Virus record (IMG/VR): IMGVR_UViG_2802429351_000001
Coordinates: 14,591 to 78,590 of that record
Source of the DNA: a virus
Taxonomy: Duplodnaviria; Caudoviricetes
Reading direction: 5' to 3' (one strand)
DNA length: 64,000 bases
The position numbers and the translations under genes are program-made. The notes under the pieces were generated by a model that was not told the origin of the DNA, did no database searches, and worked only from the letters and a program-made list of their open reading frames with translations. The stretch's first letter is position 1. The number at the start of each line of letters is the position of its first letter. Shown one piece after another: positions 29,364 through 40,305 of the stretch.

Positions 29364-29385
29364 AATAAATTAATAAATAGAAATT

Positions 29386-29661
29386 ATGATTAAAGAATTT
29401 ATTAGATATTTAGGTTATGGTGCTGTTACCTTATTCTATTTTACTAGTATATATGGCATGGTGCTATTTGTATTAGAGGTTAAAAATAAGGTTAATCTTT
29501 TAATGGTTTTAATAGGTATATTAATGTTATTAATACTTATAATCTCTATCATATTTATAGGTTATTGTATACTAGGTATAGTTGAATCCTCTTTAAATAT
29601 ATTTGATAAGGATGGTAAATTACCTATAGAAAAAATAAAAGATAAAATTCTTAATAAATAA
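29386..29661 (+). CDS. Small two-TM membrane protein
   Basis: Two hydrophobic helices. Confidence 0.6.
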   Translation: MIKEFIRYLGYGAVTLFYFTSIYGMVLFVLEVKNKVNLLMVLIGILMLLILIISIIFIGYCILGIVESSLNIFDKDGKLPIEKIKDKILNK

Positions 29662-29666
29662 CAATC

Positions 29667-30032
29667 ATGACCAGAATTAATTGTGGGATACCTCCAGCCG
29701 AATTAACAGACAAACACCTATTAGCTGAGCATAGGGAGATAAAACGTATACCTAATACTATAAAATCGGGTAAAGCTAAGGTGGAAAACATACCCAGAGT
29801 ATTTACATTAGGTAAGGGGCACGTTAAATTCTTCTATGATAAGCTTTATTATTTACATATAAGGTATGTATTATTATATACTGAATGCATAAAGAGGGGT
29901 TTTAAAGTTACCTTTTATGGGGGTGCATTTGAAGGTTTACCTGACCACTTATATAGGGATTATTGTCCAACAACAGAAGATGAAAGAATCATCAGAGAGA
30001 GGATTAAATTGAGATTATCCGGTGTAAAATAA
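29667..30032 (+). CDS. denV: Pyrimidine-dimer DNA glycosylase (T4 endonuclease V family)
   Basis: MTRIN...LTDKHLLAEHREIKRI...FTLGKGHVKFFYDKL...KRGF. Confidence 0.92.
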   Translation: MTRINCGIPPAELTDKHLLAEHREIKRIPNTIKSGKAKVENIPRVFTLGKGHVKFFYDKLYYLHIRYVLLYTECIKRGFKVTFYGGAFEGLPDHLYRDYCPTTEDERIIRERIKLRLSGVK

Positions 30033-30045
30033 TAATTTATATTTG
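30021..30045 (+). promoter_or_regulatory. GGTG-N13-TATATTTG promoter (copy 4)
   Basis: Exact spacing; precedes 30069. Confidence 0.8.
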
Positions 30046-30068
30046 TATAAATTAAATAAAAAATAAGA

Positions 30069-30452
30069 ATGGTATTATTTGATAAATTAAGCCCAGCGCA
30101 AAAACAAATAATTGTTGATATATCCCGTATTCAATTATCCTCATTACGTAGAATATATAATAATGAGCATTTAACCGATGATGACCTGGTAATGTTATTT
30201 ATTTATAATGATATTACTAAGGAGGATTTTATAGCCGAACTTGATATTAAAATCGCAAAAATAAATAATTTTATCAAGGACCCGGATTCTATTCAAAAAA
30301 TGGATAAATACGAGCTATCAATATATAAGCATATACTTTTTCAAATCGAGGATAATTATAAGGATAGGTATCCTCAGGCACTATCCTCTATATGGGAAAG
30401 GTTATTTATTTTAACTGATTTTAAAATTGATTGGCCAATGGCCTTAAATTAA
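30069..30452 (+). CDS. Hypothetical protein
   Basis: ORF behind a promoter. Confidence 0.65.
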   Translation: MVLFDKLSPAQKQIIVDISRIQLSSLRRIYNNEHLTDDDLVMLFIYNDITKEDFIAELDIKIAKINNFIKDPDSIQKMDKYELSIYKHILFQIEDNYKDRYPQALSSIWERLFILTDFKIDWPMALN

Positions 30453-30458
30453 ATTATT

Positions 30459-30680
30459 ATGAAAAAAGGTGAGTGGGTAAAAACGGTATCCTCAAATATT
30501 AACCGTGTAAAGTATGACCAAGATAAACAGATATTATCTGTAGAATTTTTTAATCATATTATATATCATTATCATGATGTACCTGAAACAGAATATGCTA
30601 TGCTTTTAGCAGCAGATTCAATTGGTTCTTATTTCGCAAGGAATATTAAAGACCAATTTGAATATACTAAAGAGGACTAA
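30459..30680 (+). CDS. KTSC domain protein
   Basis: VSSNINRVKYD...LSVEF...YHYHDVP...LLAADSIGSYFARNIK. Confidence 0.85.
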   Translation: MKKGEWVKTVSSNINRVKYDQDKQILSVEFFNHIIYHYHDVPETEYAMLLAADSIGSYFARNIKDQFEYTKED

Positions 30681-30721
30681 GCGATTTTTTCTGTATTTTT
30701 ATTTATTAGTTAATTACACCT

Positions 30722-30750
30722 GAAAGACCCCAATAATATGGGGTCTTTCT
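30722..30750 (+). terminator. Intrinsic terminator
   Basis: GAAAGACCCCA-N6-TGGGGTCTTTC. Confidence 0.75.
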
Positions 30751-30760
30751 CTGTTTATAT

Positions 30761-30785
30761 GGTGTTCTTTTAATTATTATATTTG
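30761..30785 (+). promoter_or_regulatory. GGTG-N13-TATATTTG promoter (copy 5)
   Basis: Exact spacing; precedes 30814. Confidence 0.8.
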
Positions 30786-30813
30786 AATAAATTAATAAAT
30801 AAAATAAATAGTT

Positions 30814-31074
30814 ATGGCAAACATGAGTTATTGTAGATTCGAAAATACCCTATCTGATTTAAGGGATTGTTTAGAAGCATTCAAGGATATTAAACTTGAT
30901 CCAGAATGCGAAGAAAATCAATTAAGTACAAGAGAATTAGGATCTCTTGTAGAGATGATAGATATCATGAGAGAATTCTCTGAGGAACTCATTGAAATAG
31001 ATTTAGATCTAGAAGATGATATAACTAAAGAAGATTTAATAAAAGCATTACCTGGCATAGATGGAAAATATTAA
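30814..31074 (+). CDS. Conserved phage hypothetical protein (MSYCRFENT family)
   Basis: N-terminal NMSYCRFENTLSDLRDC, recalled as recurrent in phages. Confidence 0.6.
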   Translation: MANMSYCRFENTLSDLRDCLEAFKDIKLDPECEENQLSTRELGSLVEMIDIMREFSEELIEIDLDLEDDITKEDLIKALPGIDGKY

Positions 31075-31783
31075 AAAGAAAATAGCAGCTTTATTCAAGA
31101 AAGCAGAATCAGCAAAAGAGATAGATTCATTAGAAGAAGCCCAGGCCTTTATGGCTAAGGCCCAGGATTTACTAGCCAAATATAATCTAGAAAAATCCCA
31201 ATTAGATTTAGATGATGAAACTATTAAAATAGAGCATGATGTATTCAACATGAGGGATAAATTTAAATGGCAAAAAACAGATGGTAATTGGTTAATTAGC
31301 CTTTATCATACTGTATCCATATTTAACTTTGGTAAAATTGTAAAACATAACATGTATGAATTTACTATCATCGGTGAGCAGGCCAATATAGATATGATAG
31401 ATTATATGTGTAGCAATATAATCCCAAAAATAAAGGAGTTAAGATTAAAGGCTTGGAAAGAATATAATGGGCCAGATAAATCCAATGCTTTTAAAAGGGG
31501 TTATTATAAAGGGGCTGTTAGTGGTATCTATTTTAAACTAAGGGAAATAAGAGAACAGGCCAAAAAGGAATACTCGGGTATGTCATCTCTGGTTATATCA
31601 CATAATAGAGCTATATCAGAAGAAGCTAGTAAACTATTTAATACCATAAGAACGGGTAAAGCCCGAAGTTATTCATCTGAATCCGGTAGAGAATTAGGTT
31701 TTAGGGATGGTAAAAACCTAAACCTAAATAAAGGGGTCTCGGGTAAAAGTAAAACAAGTAGAACTTTAAAATTAGGACAATGA
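31061..31783 (+). CDS. DUF2786-domain protein
   Basis: KKKIAALFKKAES...EEAQAFMAKAQDLLAKYNL N-terminus. Confidence 0.75.
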   Translation: MENIKKKIAALFKKAESAKEIDSLEEAQAFMAKAQDLLAKYNLEKSQLDLDDETIKIEHDVFNMRDKFKWQKTDGNWLISLYHTVSIFNFGKIVKHNMYEFTIIGEQANIDMIDYMCSNIIPKIKELRLKAWKEYNGPDKSNAFKRGYYKGAVSGIYFKLREIREQAKKEYSGMSSLVISHNRAISEEASKLFNTIRTGKARSYSSESGRELGFRDGKNLNLNKGVSGKSKTSRTLKLGQ

Positions 31784-32443
31784 GAAAGGTATTAGCTTGG
31801 TTAGCAATAACCAGTATAATAAGTTCAGGATATTTATTACAAAGGAATAGTTCTAGAGCTAGGCAGAAAGAATTAGAAGAGAATACAGTAGGACCCCCTA
31901 AACAAGAAACTACCTATCAAGAAATCAGGGGCTACAACTATAATGAAGGGGATGGTTATAAATCCTACTCTGACGAGGAGATAAGGATGTTAAGAGAAAA
32001 ACAGTCCTTTAAAAGTGAAGGTAGTTATATTTATACACCTGGTAGGCATGTACCTACCAGAGAAGAGGAAATTGAAAGATACCTAGAAGATAACCCAGAT
32101 TTAATAGAAGAGATTTATGAAAAATACCGAGACTAGTGATTGGGAGTTAAGATATTACTATAACTTTGGTAGAGATTATGATGTACTGGGTAATTATGGA
32201 AATAATAAGACTTTAGCATTTGGTATGCGTAAGGTAAAAGCTAGGGAATCAAATTTCCCCCTACAAAGCCTAAAAGTAATTGATAAGGGGAAAGAACAGA
32301 AGAAAATAAAAAAGTTTGGATTGGTATTATCCCGATTAGACATAACACCTATTAGGAAAAGATTTTATAAGGATCTTAATAAGAAGCCTAAGAAAAAGAA
32401 AAAGCCTAAAAAGGTTAATAATGGGCAATTAAGGCTATTCTAG
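31780..32443 (+). other. Two hypothetical CDSs (31780..32136 with N-terminal signal/TM; 32117..32443 basic)
   Basis: Tiled ORFs. Confidence 0.55.
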
Positions 32444-32471
32444 TTCAAATTAGTTGTCAAACGGCTATTAC

Positions 32472-32496
32472 GGTGAATTATTATAAAATATATTTG
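32472..32496 (+). promoter_or_regulatory. GGTG-N13-TATATTTG promoter (copy 6)
   Basis: Exact spacing; precedes 32541. Confidence 0.8.
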
Positions 32497-32540
32497 TATT
32501 ATCAAATTAAAATAAATTATTAATTAAAACCATTTAGATT

Positions 32541-32891
32541 ATGGCAACTGTTAAAAAAGTAAGTAGTAAAGCTAAAACGTCCAAAAGTACAAAAGCTAAA
32601 GTAGGTAATACCAAAAAGGTAACCAGAAAAAAGGTAAACAAAAAAGACCTTGATCAAAAGAATATCAAGGATACCGTTACCAAGGTAGTAGAGACCAAAA
32701 GGGAATTGAAATATGATTACCCAAACGAAATGAAGGATACTCTTAAAAGGAAAAAATTTCGCCAAAAAGTTAGAAATAAAATCAATTCCTTCCAATTGCA
32801 TTTACTTAAATTGGATGAAAAATCCAAAGAATATAAAAAATTGGATAGGGAATATAAATCTTATAGGAAAGAGGTATTATTGGTACCTTAA
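32541..32891 (+). CDS. Basic protein with KYDYP motif
   Basis: KYDYPNEMKDTLKRKKFRQKVR. Confidence 0.7.
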   Translation: MATVKKVSSKAKTSKSTKAKVGNTKKVTRKKVNKKDLDQKNIKDTVTKVVETKRELKYDYPNEMKDTLKRKKFRQKVRNKINSFQLHLLKLDEKSKEYKKLDREYKSYRKEVLLVP

Positions 32892-32912
32892 TCATATGGA
32901 AACTGTATTAGT

Positions 32913-32950
32913 ATAAGGGGGTTGTATTTAATGGTATAATCCCCTTATTA
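32913..32950 (+). terminator. Terminator-like hairpin
   Basis: ATAAGGGG...CCCCTTAT. Confidence 0.5.
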
Positions 32951-32962
32951 ATGTGTTATACC

Positions 32963-32987
32963 GGTGTTCTTTAATTTATTATATTTG
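32963..32987 (+). promoter_or_regulatory. GGTG-N13-TATATTTG promoter (copy 7)
   Basis: Exact spacing; precedes 33022. Confidence 0.8.
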
Positions 32988-33021
32988 AATAACTAATAAA
33001 ATAAAAAAAAATATAGAAACT

Positions 33022-34361
33022 ATGAGTAATTTAAATCACGGGGAAATTAAAGATTCCAACCTATTACAAGAACATAGGGATTTAGTTGAATCATATCTTA
33101 ATAATGAAACTAAATTAGAACTAGAAGCTAAAAATAAGATACTAAAACTTTATGACCATTATTTACATAAAGATAATATCCGGTATTATATTAACCAACA
33201 TGTTAAAGTACTTATAGTACATATAGCCCAAGGTCAAGTAAAGAAAGCTGCTAAATACTTTCCTAAAGGATACCTAGAGGATGAGAATACTATTTAATCT
33301 AAAACACATATAAAATGGAAAATCAAACTAATTCTTTAAATCAAAAAGCTACATTATTCTATGCAAGATATGCATTTAAAACACAAGGCCTTAAAAAAGT
33401 TAAGGTTCACTATGAGGGATTAATTGATAAATGCCCTGGTGATTTAAAACAAGGCTTAAAAGGTTTAGAGAATTTTAAATACATAAGGATATGGCAGAAG
33501 GCAATTTAAATTGGGATTATGAAGGTTCGCCAAGTGGGCTTAAAAATAAAGCTCAAGAAATATTAAACCTTGCAAAGAAAAAAGAACTAAATATACCTAA
33601 AGGGTATAAAGCTATATGGGTTGATGGTCCCCTTAGAGCCAAAATAAGGAAAATAGTAAAAGAATAATATGGAAAGTCTTGGCGAATATAAGAATGATAT
33701 TTATATATTAGCCCAAAGGGTTAATGAATTTAGGGATTGGTGGGATAATAAAGTTAAATCACCAAATCGGATATCAGAAAGTCAATATGTTTCACTTTTA
33801 ACTAAAATGGATTATTAATGGTGATACATGATGCTAACTATATAGATAGGAAAGAGTTCTTAAGTATGGGCTATAATCATAATATTATGTTTTTGTTTAT
33901 ATTCTATAATAATGAAATCCTAAATAAAAAACCATTCAATTTAGGCCCAGAATTAAATAGGGATTGGTTATATTCTAAAGAGTTTGAGGATAGGATAGAC
34001 AACCTAGTAAAAAGGGGTTATATTAAAAAGGTATTCAAACCTTTCAAAAACCAATCTTACAAACTTTACTCAATTACACCTTATGGTTTAAAACAAGCAG
34101 AAAATGGCCTCAAAAATAAAATTTCAACCACAGCCTAAATTAGGGCCTCAACAACAGGTACTTTCCTTTATAGAGAAAAATTATAAAGGCCCTAAAAGAA
34201 CACATCTCATTAACTATTATAAAAACAACCCTATATCATGAAAGATTTAAAACCCTGGGAAATTATAGGCTTAATATATATTGCCTATGCTATATTTTTA
34301 TTTATGATAGCCTGGGCCTTAAGTAAGGATAAAAAACCTAAAAAAGGTGATAAAAGGTGAA
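33022..34361 (+). other. Run of small hypothetical CDSs (33022..33297, 33315..33509, 33818..34138 wHTH-like, plus several <60-aa ORFs)
   Basis: Tiled + strand ORFs; 33818 has a winged-helix-like LYSKEFEDRIDNLVKRGYI...YSITPYG. Confidence 0.5.
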
Positions 34362-34380
34362 TTATTAATTTCTATATTTG
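34356..34380 (+). promoter_or_regulatory. GGTG-N13-TATATTTG promoter (copy 8)
   Basis: Exact spacing; precedes 34413. Confidence 0.8.
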
Positions 34381-34412
34381 AATAAATTAATAATAAATAA
34401 AAATAAGTAATT

Positions 34413-35668
34413 ATGGAAAATTCAATTAAAACACCCTTTTGTTATCAAATCACCCAAGATATTATTTGGGAGTACATTGAACTGAAATATGGTATCTTAA
34501 CCGTAGAAAATTCTTTAGGTATAAGCGATATATTTGATCTAGCCAAAAACCTGGAAGAAGATGTACCTCAAAATGATAGGGTTAAACGTAATATATTAAT
34601 CCTTGCTTTATTTGAAAATCCTTGTAATGATTTAAAACTTAACGAGGTAATAATTGATTTAAGGAAACCAATAAATGATCAAATAAGTTGGAGTATAGCA
34701 TCATATGAAAAAATTCTTTGGTTAAACTATATAAGTCAACCAGAAGGTTATTATGGGGAATTTAGCATTGAATTTCAGGAAACCGATATAAATCCCAGTA
34801 TATTTGAAGAGGCCTTAGAAAAAGGTTTGATTAAACCGGGACCTAATTATTTAGATAAATATTGGGAAATAATGGAATGGTTCTTAAAACCAGTGTCATT
34901 TATAGATTGGGAATCTATAGAAAAAAGTAAAGGTGATACTTTCCTAGATGATGATCAGGTCATAGATATAGTTAAGCAATTAGACTTAGATAGGAAAACC
35001 TTAAGTACCCATAAATTAAATCAAATTAGAGTACAACTTATAAAAACATTATTATAATGGAACTAGAAAATTTTAAATTCAGAATTACAAGAGAAGCAAT
35101 AAGAGATCTAAATGGTTTATTAGGGAGTCTAAGTGATTTAAGTGATACACTTGGCCTTACCGGAAATGAGGATATAATGGTAGAATTTAGAGATCGCCGG
35201 GGATTTAATGAAAGGCCTATTGTTATTATTTATGACCTATATGCAGGGTTAAGTGATTTCCCAACTGGAGAAGAAGCGGCCGGTATAAGGGATTACAGTT
35301 ATGAGGACCTAATAGATGCTGGTATAGAAGATGGTAAGGCCATAAGGAAATTGATAGAAAAAGATTATATCGAGAAAGTAGACCCTGATGGGGAATTCCT
35401 GTTAGCGGTAAACGGTATATTCACCTTCCAAGATAAACCTAGCCCTAAATATATTTTAATTAGGGATAAAATACCTATGGATTCTTTACCCGGTATAGGT
35501 GAACAATGGGAACCTGTTTTAAGGTTATTGGATAAAGAGTTTAAGTATTCAATTATAAAAAATTATAAAGAGATTTGTCATAAAAATGAGGATCACTGTA
35601 AGACCAATCTAGAATTTGGATTTAAGGGATTAAGAACCCTAATATTTAAAAAATTGGGGATTTTATAA
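34413..35668 (+). other. Two acidic hypothetical CDSs (34413..35057, 35057..35668)
   Basis: Coupled ORFs between a promoter and a terminator. Confidence 0.65.
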
Positions 35669-35693
35669 TAATCCCTAAAAATTATAATATATT

Positions 35694-35725
35694 ACAAAGG
35701 CTCTACACTAAGGGCCTTTGTTTGT
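35694..35725 (+). terminator. Intrinsic terminator
   Basis: ACAAAGGC...GCCTTTGT-TTG. Confidence 0.55.
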
Positions 35726-35829
35726 TTATAGGCCTTAAACCCTTACAAATAAAGGCCTTATAATATATTATATTAAATCAAATCCTTTGGGCTTCCTAGA
35801 GCTCGACAAAAGAAGACAGTTGTTTATAT

Positions 35830-35854
35830 AGTGAATTATTAATTACTATATTTG
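35830..35854 (+). promoter_or_regulatory. AGTG-N13-TATATTTG promoter (copy 9)
   Basis: Exact spacing; precedes 35879. Confidence 0.75.
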
Positions 35855-35878
35855 AATATAATTAATAAATAAAATAAA

Positions 35879-36591
35879 ATGGAAAAACACCTAACATCTA
35901 ATGAAATAAAATTAATAGGCTTATTAGTTCACTCTTCACAAAACCATGAGCTTATAGAAGAGCTTATCGAAGACTCTTGGGATGAAATGGAAATGGATAT
36001 TCCCAAGGATTTTGATTACGTAGAAGAACTAGAACAACTTAAAAGGTTATTCCCAGACCCTGAAGAGAATGTGTTAGAATATTTAACTATAAAAAACAAA
36101 TAATGGAAAACTCAAATTACACCTTCGAAGATTTCGAAAAAGAAAGAGAACACCTATTACAATATATTGAGGTAGTAGGTAAGAAAGCCCCCAGTAAAGA
36201 ATTTTGTCAAATGTTCTTTAATAGAATTACTAAAGGCTGGGAATTATCCCAGGAAAAATGGAGGGGTGATTTAATAGATTACCATGCTTGGGGTTATGCT
36301 TTTTATGGTGATATAGATTATAATGGTGAAATCATAGCAAATTCCCTAAATATATGGCATTGGTTATCAGTTTATGGTATAAATGGAACTGACCCAGAGG
36401 AAGGTGTTTCTATAGAGATTACTTATAACCAGTATAGTTTCCTTTGGGATTTATTACAAAAGAACAAAACCTTTAATCAAGGGGTTATAGATAAGGCTCA
36501 TACTATAAATAGGAATACTTCTGGATTAGAGAAAAAAGCCCAGGATAATATAGATATGATTAATAAATTGTTAGATTCATTAACCGAGTAA
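35879..36591 (+). other. Two hypothetical CDSs (35879..36103, 36103..36591)
   Basis: Coupled ORFs. Confidence 0.6.
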
Positions 36592-36593
36592 TT

Positions 36594-36998
36594 ATGAGAA
36601 AGTTATTTATATTAATGGTAGGCCTATTATTTATATCATGTGAGTATATTGGCCCTGGGGAAACAGAAAGGGGTTTTACTACTTATGTATGGTTTAACCC
36701 CGATAACCTTGAAAAAATAGATATATCTGCTTACCCGGATAGGGAGATATATACGGTAGAAAATGGTAATATGTTTAAAATAGGCTGGGAAATACAAGGA
36801 ATAGATTACCATTTAAGGGTAGAATTTCCTGATGGTATTATAGATAAAGTAAACTTTACTGGTACCGATATAAGAAAAGGAGAAGAATATCCCAATGATT
36901 CAACATTTACCCAGGTACAACCTCAGGTAAATTTATTGGATACACAGGATGGTAAATATCTATTAATAATATATACAGATTGTTATAAATGTCAATAG
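36594..36998 (+). CDS. Predicted lipoprotein
   Basis: MRKLFILMVGLLFIS-C lipoprotein signal. Confidence 0.65.
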   Translation: MRKLFILMVGLLFISCEYIGPGETERGFTTYVWFNPDNLEKIDISAYPDREIYTVENGNMFKIGWEIQGIDYHLRVEFPDGIIDKVNFTGTDIRKGEEYPNDSTFTQVQPQVNLLDTQDGKYLLIIYTDCYKCQ

Positions 36999-37644
36999 AG
37001 ATATATCAAATATTCGGCGGATTAGAGATTTTAATAATCCTAGTTTTATTATTAATGTTTTTAAAAGAATATCCAAAACTGAGATGAGAAAGAATACACT
37101 AGAACCTAATAAAAAAGCTATAAAATTATTAAACCATTATAGTAAGAAAAATGCTCTAGCTAAGGCTATATCTAAAAGAAAAGAGATGCCAAAAGGAACT
37201 ATTGGGTACTTCTACTGGAAAGATGTAATTAAAATTATAAAAAAATGATTAGTAATATAAGTCCAGAAATAGAAGCAAAAGTATTATCCTGTGTAGATAA
37301 TATAAAAAGAAAGAATATACCTAAAGTATTAGGTGTAACAACAGCTTTGGTTAACTATATATTTGCTAAACATAAGATCAAGAGAAAGCCTAATAAGTAT
37401 GATAAATATGGTAGGCTAAAAGAAACACATAAAACAATATACCATTATGACAAAGATTAAGATGATCACAGTATTTGATCCACTATCAGGTAAAGATATT
37501 AATCTACCTTTACCAACTACTAAGTATGAATTGGTAAAGGCTACTATAAACGATATGAAAAAGGCTAACCCGGGTAAGGATATCAAAATAACCAGGGTTC
37601 AAGATGAGTTAATTTATGAGCCCGTGGACCCTAAAAATGAGTAA
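36989..37644 (+). other. Small hypothetical CDSs (36989..37087 TM peptide, 37084..37248, 37245..37460 HTH-like, 37447..37644)
   Basis: Overlapping tiled ORFs read by hand and from the track. Confidence 0.5.
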
Positions 37645-37648
37645 TACC

Positions 37649-37673
37649 AGTGTTTTTTAATTTCTTATATTTG
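37649..37673 (+). promoter_or_regulatory. AGTG-N13-TATATTTG promoter (copy 10)
   Basis: Exact spacing; precedes 37698. Confidence 0.75.
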
Positions 37674-37697
37674 AATATAATTAATAAATAAAAAATA

Positions 37698-38795
37698 ATG
37701 GAAAATTTTATTGTAGGCAAAACAGTATTAAAAGGCATAGATAAACAAACCTTCCAAGACGCAAAGAATTGGTTAGACCAACAAAATGGCTGCCCTTATG
37801 ATATTGATGAACATGTATTAGATGCAGCTAATAATATATCACAAGAAACCGGTGAAACAGTAGTGGAAGTAATAGAATCATGGGCATATAGTTATAATGA
37901 CCTAATGGCAGAGAAAGGTTTAAAAGAATTAAATAAACAATAGTTATAGTTATGGATAAAGGGATACTAAATGCAAAGCTTCTCCAAGATGGGAGATCAT
38001 TCTGGACAACAGACAATGGGTTCACATTTAAAATGCAGGACCAAAAAGGTGAAATCTTAGAAGTAACAGAGGCTTATTATAAGAAAATGCTAACACTGTG
38101 GAGAAAGGAGCAAAAACAATATAAGAAGGCGGGTAAGATTTTGGATAAAACTCATAAAACTATCGAAAAAGGTTTTGAAAAAGCAGAGTCTGAAAGAGTT
38201 GAATTTGTAAAAGCTTTAAAGAAAGGTATACCAGTAAGACCCTTAGGGATAGGTTATGCACATACTGATTTACATGATAATGAGCTTAGGAGTATAGGTC
38301 ATAAGGCTTCTCATTATTTACCAAAGGATGAGATTACAATAAACCTAAGAGCACTAGATGAAGAAGCCTTGGATGACCTTAAGTTTATATTAGAAGATCA
38401 ACTAGGAATGAAACCAGATGACACCAACGAGAAGGCATTAGATGCTATTAATAACTATAAAGAACTATAAGATCATGAAACACATAAGAGTTAAACTAGC
38501 AGAGACAAAAACCCAGGTAAATATCCTAACAATAAAGGATAACAATAGTGTTTATCAAACTGTACTGGATAATCAAGAACTACAAAACCTAAAGGATGAG
38601 CTAAATATCAATAAGGCCGAATCAGAAGATAATCACCTATCACCTGTAAAAATTAGGGCCTTAGCAGAACTAAGAAAGGCATATAGACAATACGAAAACC
38701 ATAAAAACCTAAGATATCTAGAATTAAAGGATAACTACCTTAAGATAGGACTAATCACCCAAGCGGATATAACAGAACTACTCCTAAAACAATAA
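37698..38795 (+). other. Three hypothetical CDSs (37698..37943, 37952..38470, 38442..38795)
   Basis: Tiled ORFs. Confidence 0.6.
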
Positions 38796-38800
38796 TAACA

Positions 38801-39307
38801 ATGAAACAACCAGTAGAAATAAAGGTAATCAAAACCTTATACAAAGGTAACCAAAACCTAACACAAATAATGTTCACCAATCGCAATAAGGGAGGCATTA
38901 TAAGTAAACAATCCTTAATCACCTTAGATGAGAAAGAACTACAATCACTTAAAAGCCAATTAAACGATAACGGTAAATCTAATAGATTAAGTTATACACC
39001 TAACCCTTGTAAAGGTGAAGCAGATAAAGAAGTTAACCAATGGATAAGCGTGGAAGATAGATTGCCAAATGGTGACACAGAATCCAATGAAACTGAAGTT
39101 GAAGTAATTGGTTATAATGAAAATTGGGTTCATCCAGATTTTAACCCCAATGGAACTAGAGTTTGTTGCATGGATGATTTTGGTTGGTATTCCGCTAGGT
39201 GGAATAATGAACATACTTTTTACAAAGATGTTAGTCCAGAAGAAGAGGATAATCCAACACATTGGAGACCAATACCAAAATCACCTAATCACCCAAAACA
39301 CAAATAA
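38801..39307 (+). CDS. DUF551-domain protein
   Basis: QWISVEDRLP...THWRPIP. Confidence 0.7.
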   Translation: MKQPVEIKVIKTLYKGNQNLTQIMFTNRNKGGIISKQSLITLDEKELQSLKSQLNDNGKSNRLSYTPNPCKGEADKEVNQWISVEDRLPNGDTESNETEVEVIGYNENWVHPDFNPNGTRVCCMDDFGWYSARWNNEHTFYKDVSPEEEDNPTHWRPIPKSPNHPKHK

Positions 39308-39498
39308 CAATGAATACAATAGAATTAAAAACCAACACACCTATAATAGGTAATCACCAACTAATTATCACAGACGAATGTGATAATGAAACCACCCACA
39401 ACCTTAGTGACTATGAATTAGAACAACTAATCACCCAGGTATCAAACCTAACCAACAACCCAAAAACAAAAATAAATCTTTAAATAAATAAAACAATT

Positions 39499-40305
39499 AT
39501 GAGAACACCAAGGCCAATAGGAACAACAAACATAGGGGCATCAATAAATAATAATCAAGATAACAACCTATTACAATTACATATAATAGATTCATATATC
39601 AATAGCAATTTCACTTACTGTAATAAGGCCATGAGCATAGAAGTATTTGCAAGGTATATAGGAATAGACAGACAGATGATATTAGAAAGGATTACTAATA
39701 AGGGTAAAGATCTATATCAAATGGTAGACCCAGAACAACAAGGTGATCAACTCAGGGCACTAATTGGAATCACTCTAGGAAATGCACTGACTGACCGTAG
39801 CTTAGCTCTAGAGCAGCATAGTATACTAGCTTCTGAGCAAGGGGGTGTATACAAACCTTTCATTTCCGGAGAGGTCAATAAGGCCCTAAAGCTAGTTATG
39901 GAATCCACATCCGGAATCCTTAATATCGCCAAATCGCTAGGGGGCAACCAAGGCCTTAATATAACTCTGAACAACCACAATGGCGATAACAACCAAGAGA
40001 ACCATAATTACCTTACTGCCCATCAAGCATTAGAACTTATGCATCAGCAGGCTAAGTTAGAAGACGGCCCCTCGTTGCTGGAAGATCCATCCGCTAAGAA
40101 GGCCTTATTTGAAAAGTATAATATAGGGGCTACTCCTATTGTAAAGGCTAATGAACAACAAGGCCTTGATGATAGTCGAGAGGGCCTTAATTTTAAGGAT
40201 CTGGCACAGTTATCAGATAGCAAGGTAGACCGGCCAGCTAAGGCTACACATATAGATAGAAGGGCTAGGGAGATTGAGATAGATCCTGATGAGGATCAGA
40301 TATAG
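39499..40305 (+). CDS. Hypothetical protein, candidate terminase small subunit
   Basis: N-terminal HTH-like SIEVFARYIGIDRQMIL, helical core, NITLNN strand; adjacent to a repeat patch; no TerS-like gene next to TerL. Confidence 0.3.
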   Translation: MRTPRPIGTTNIGASINNNQDNNLLQLHIIDSYINSNFTYCNKAMSIEVFARYIGIDRQMILERITNKGKDLYQMVDPEQQGDQLRALIGITLGNALTDRSLALEQHSILASEQGGVYKPFISGEVNKALKLVMESTSGILNIAKSLGGNQGLNITLNNHNGDNNQENHNYLTAHQALELMHQQAKLEDGPSLLEDPSAKKALFEKYNIGATPIVKANEQQGLDDSREGLNFKDLAQLSDSKVDRPAKATHIDRRAREIEIDPDEDQI

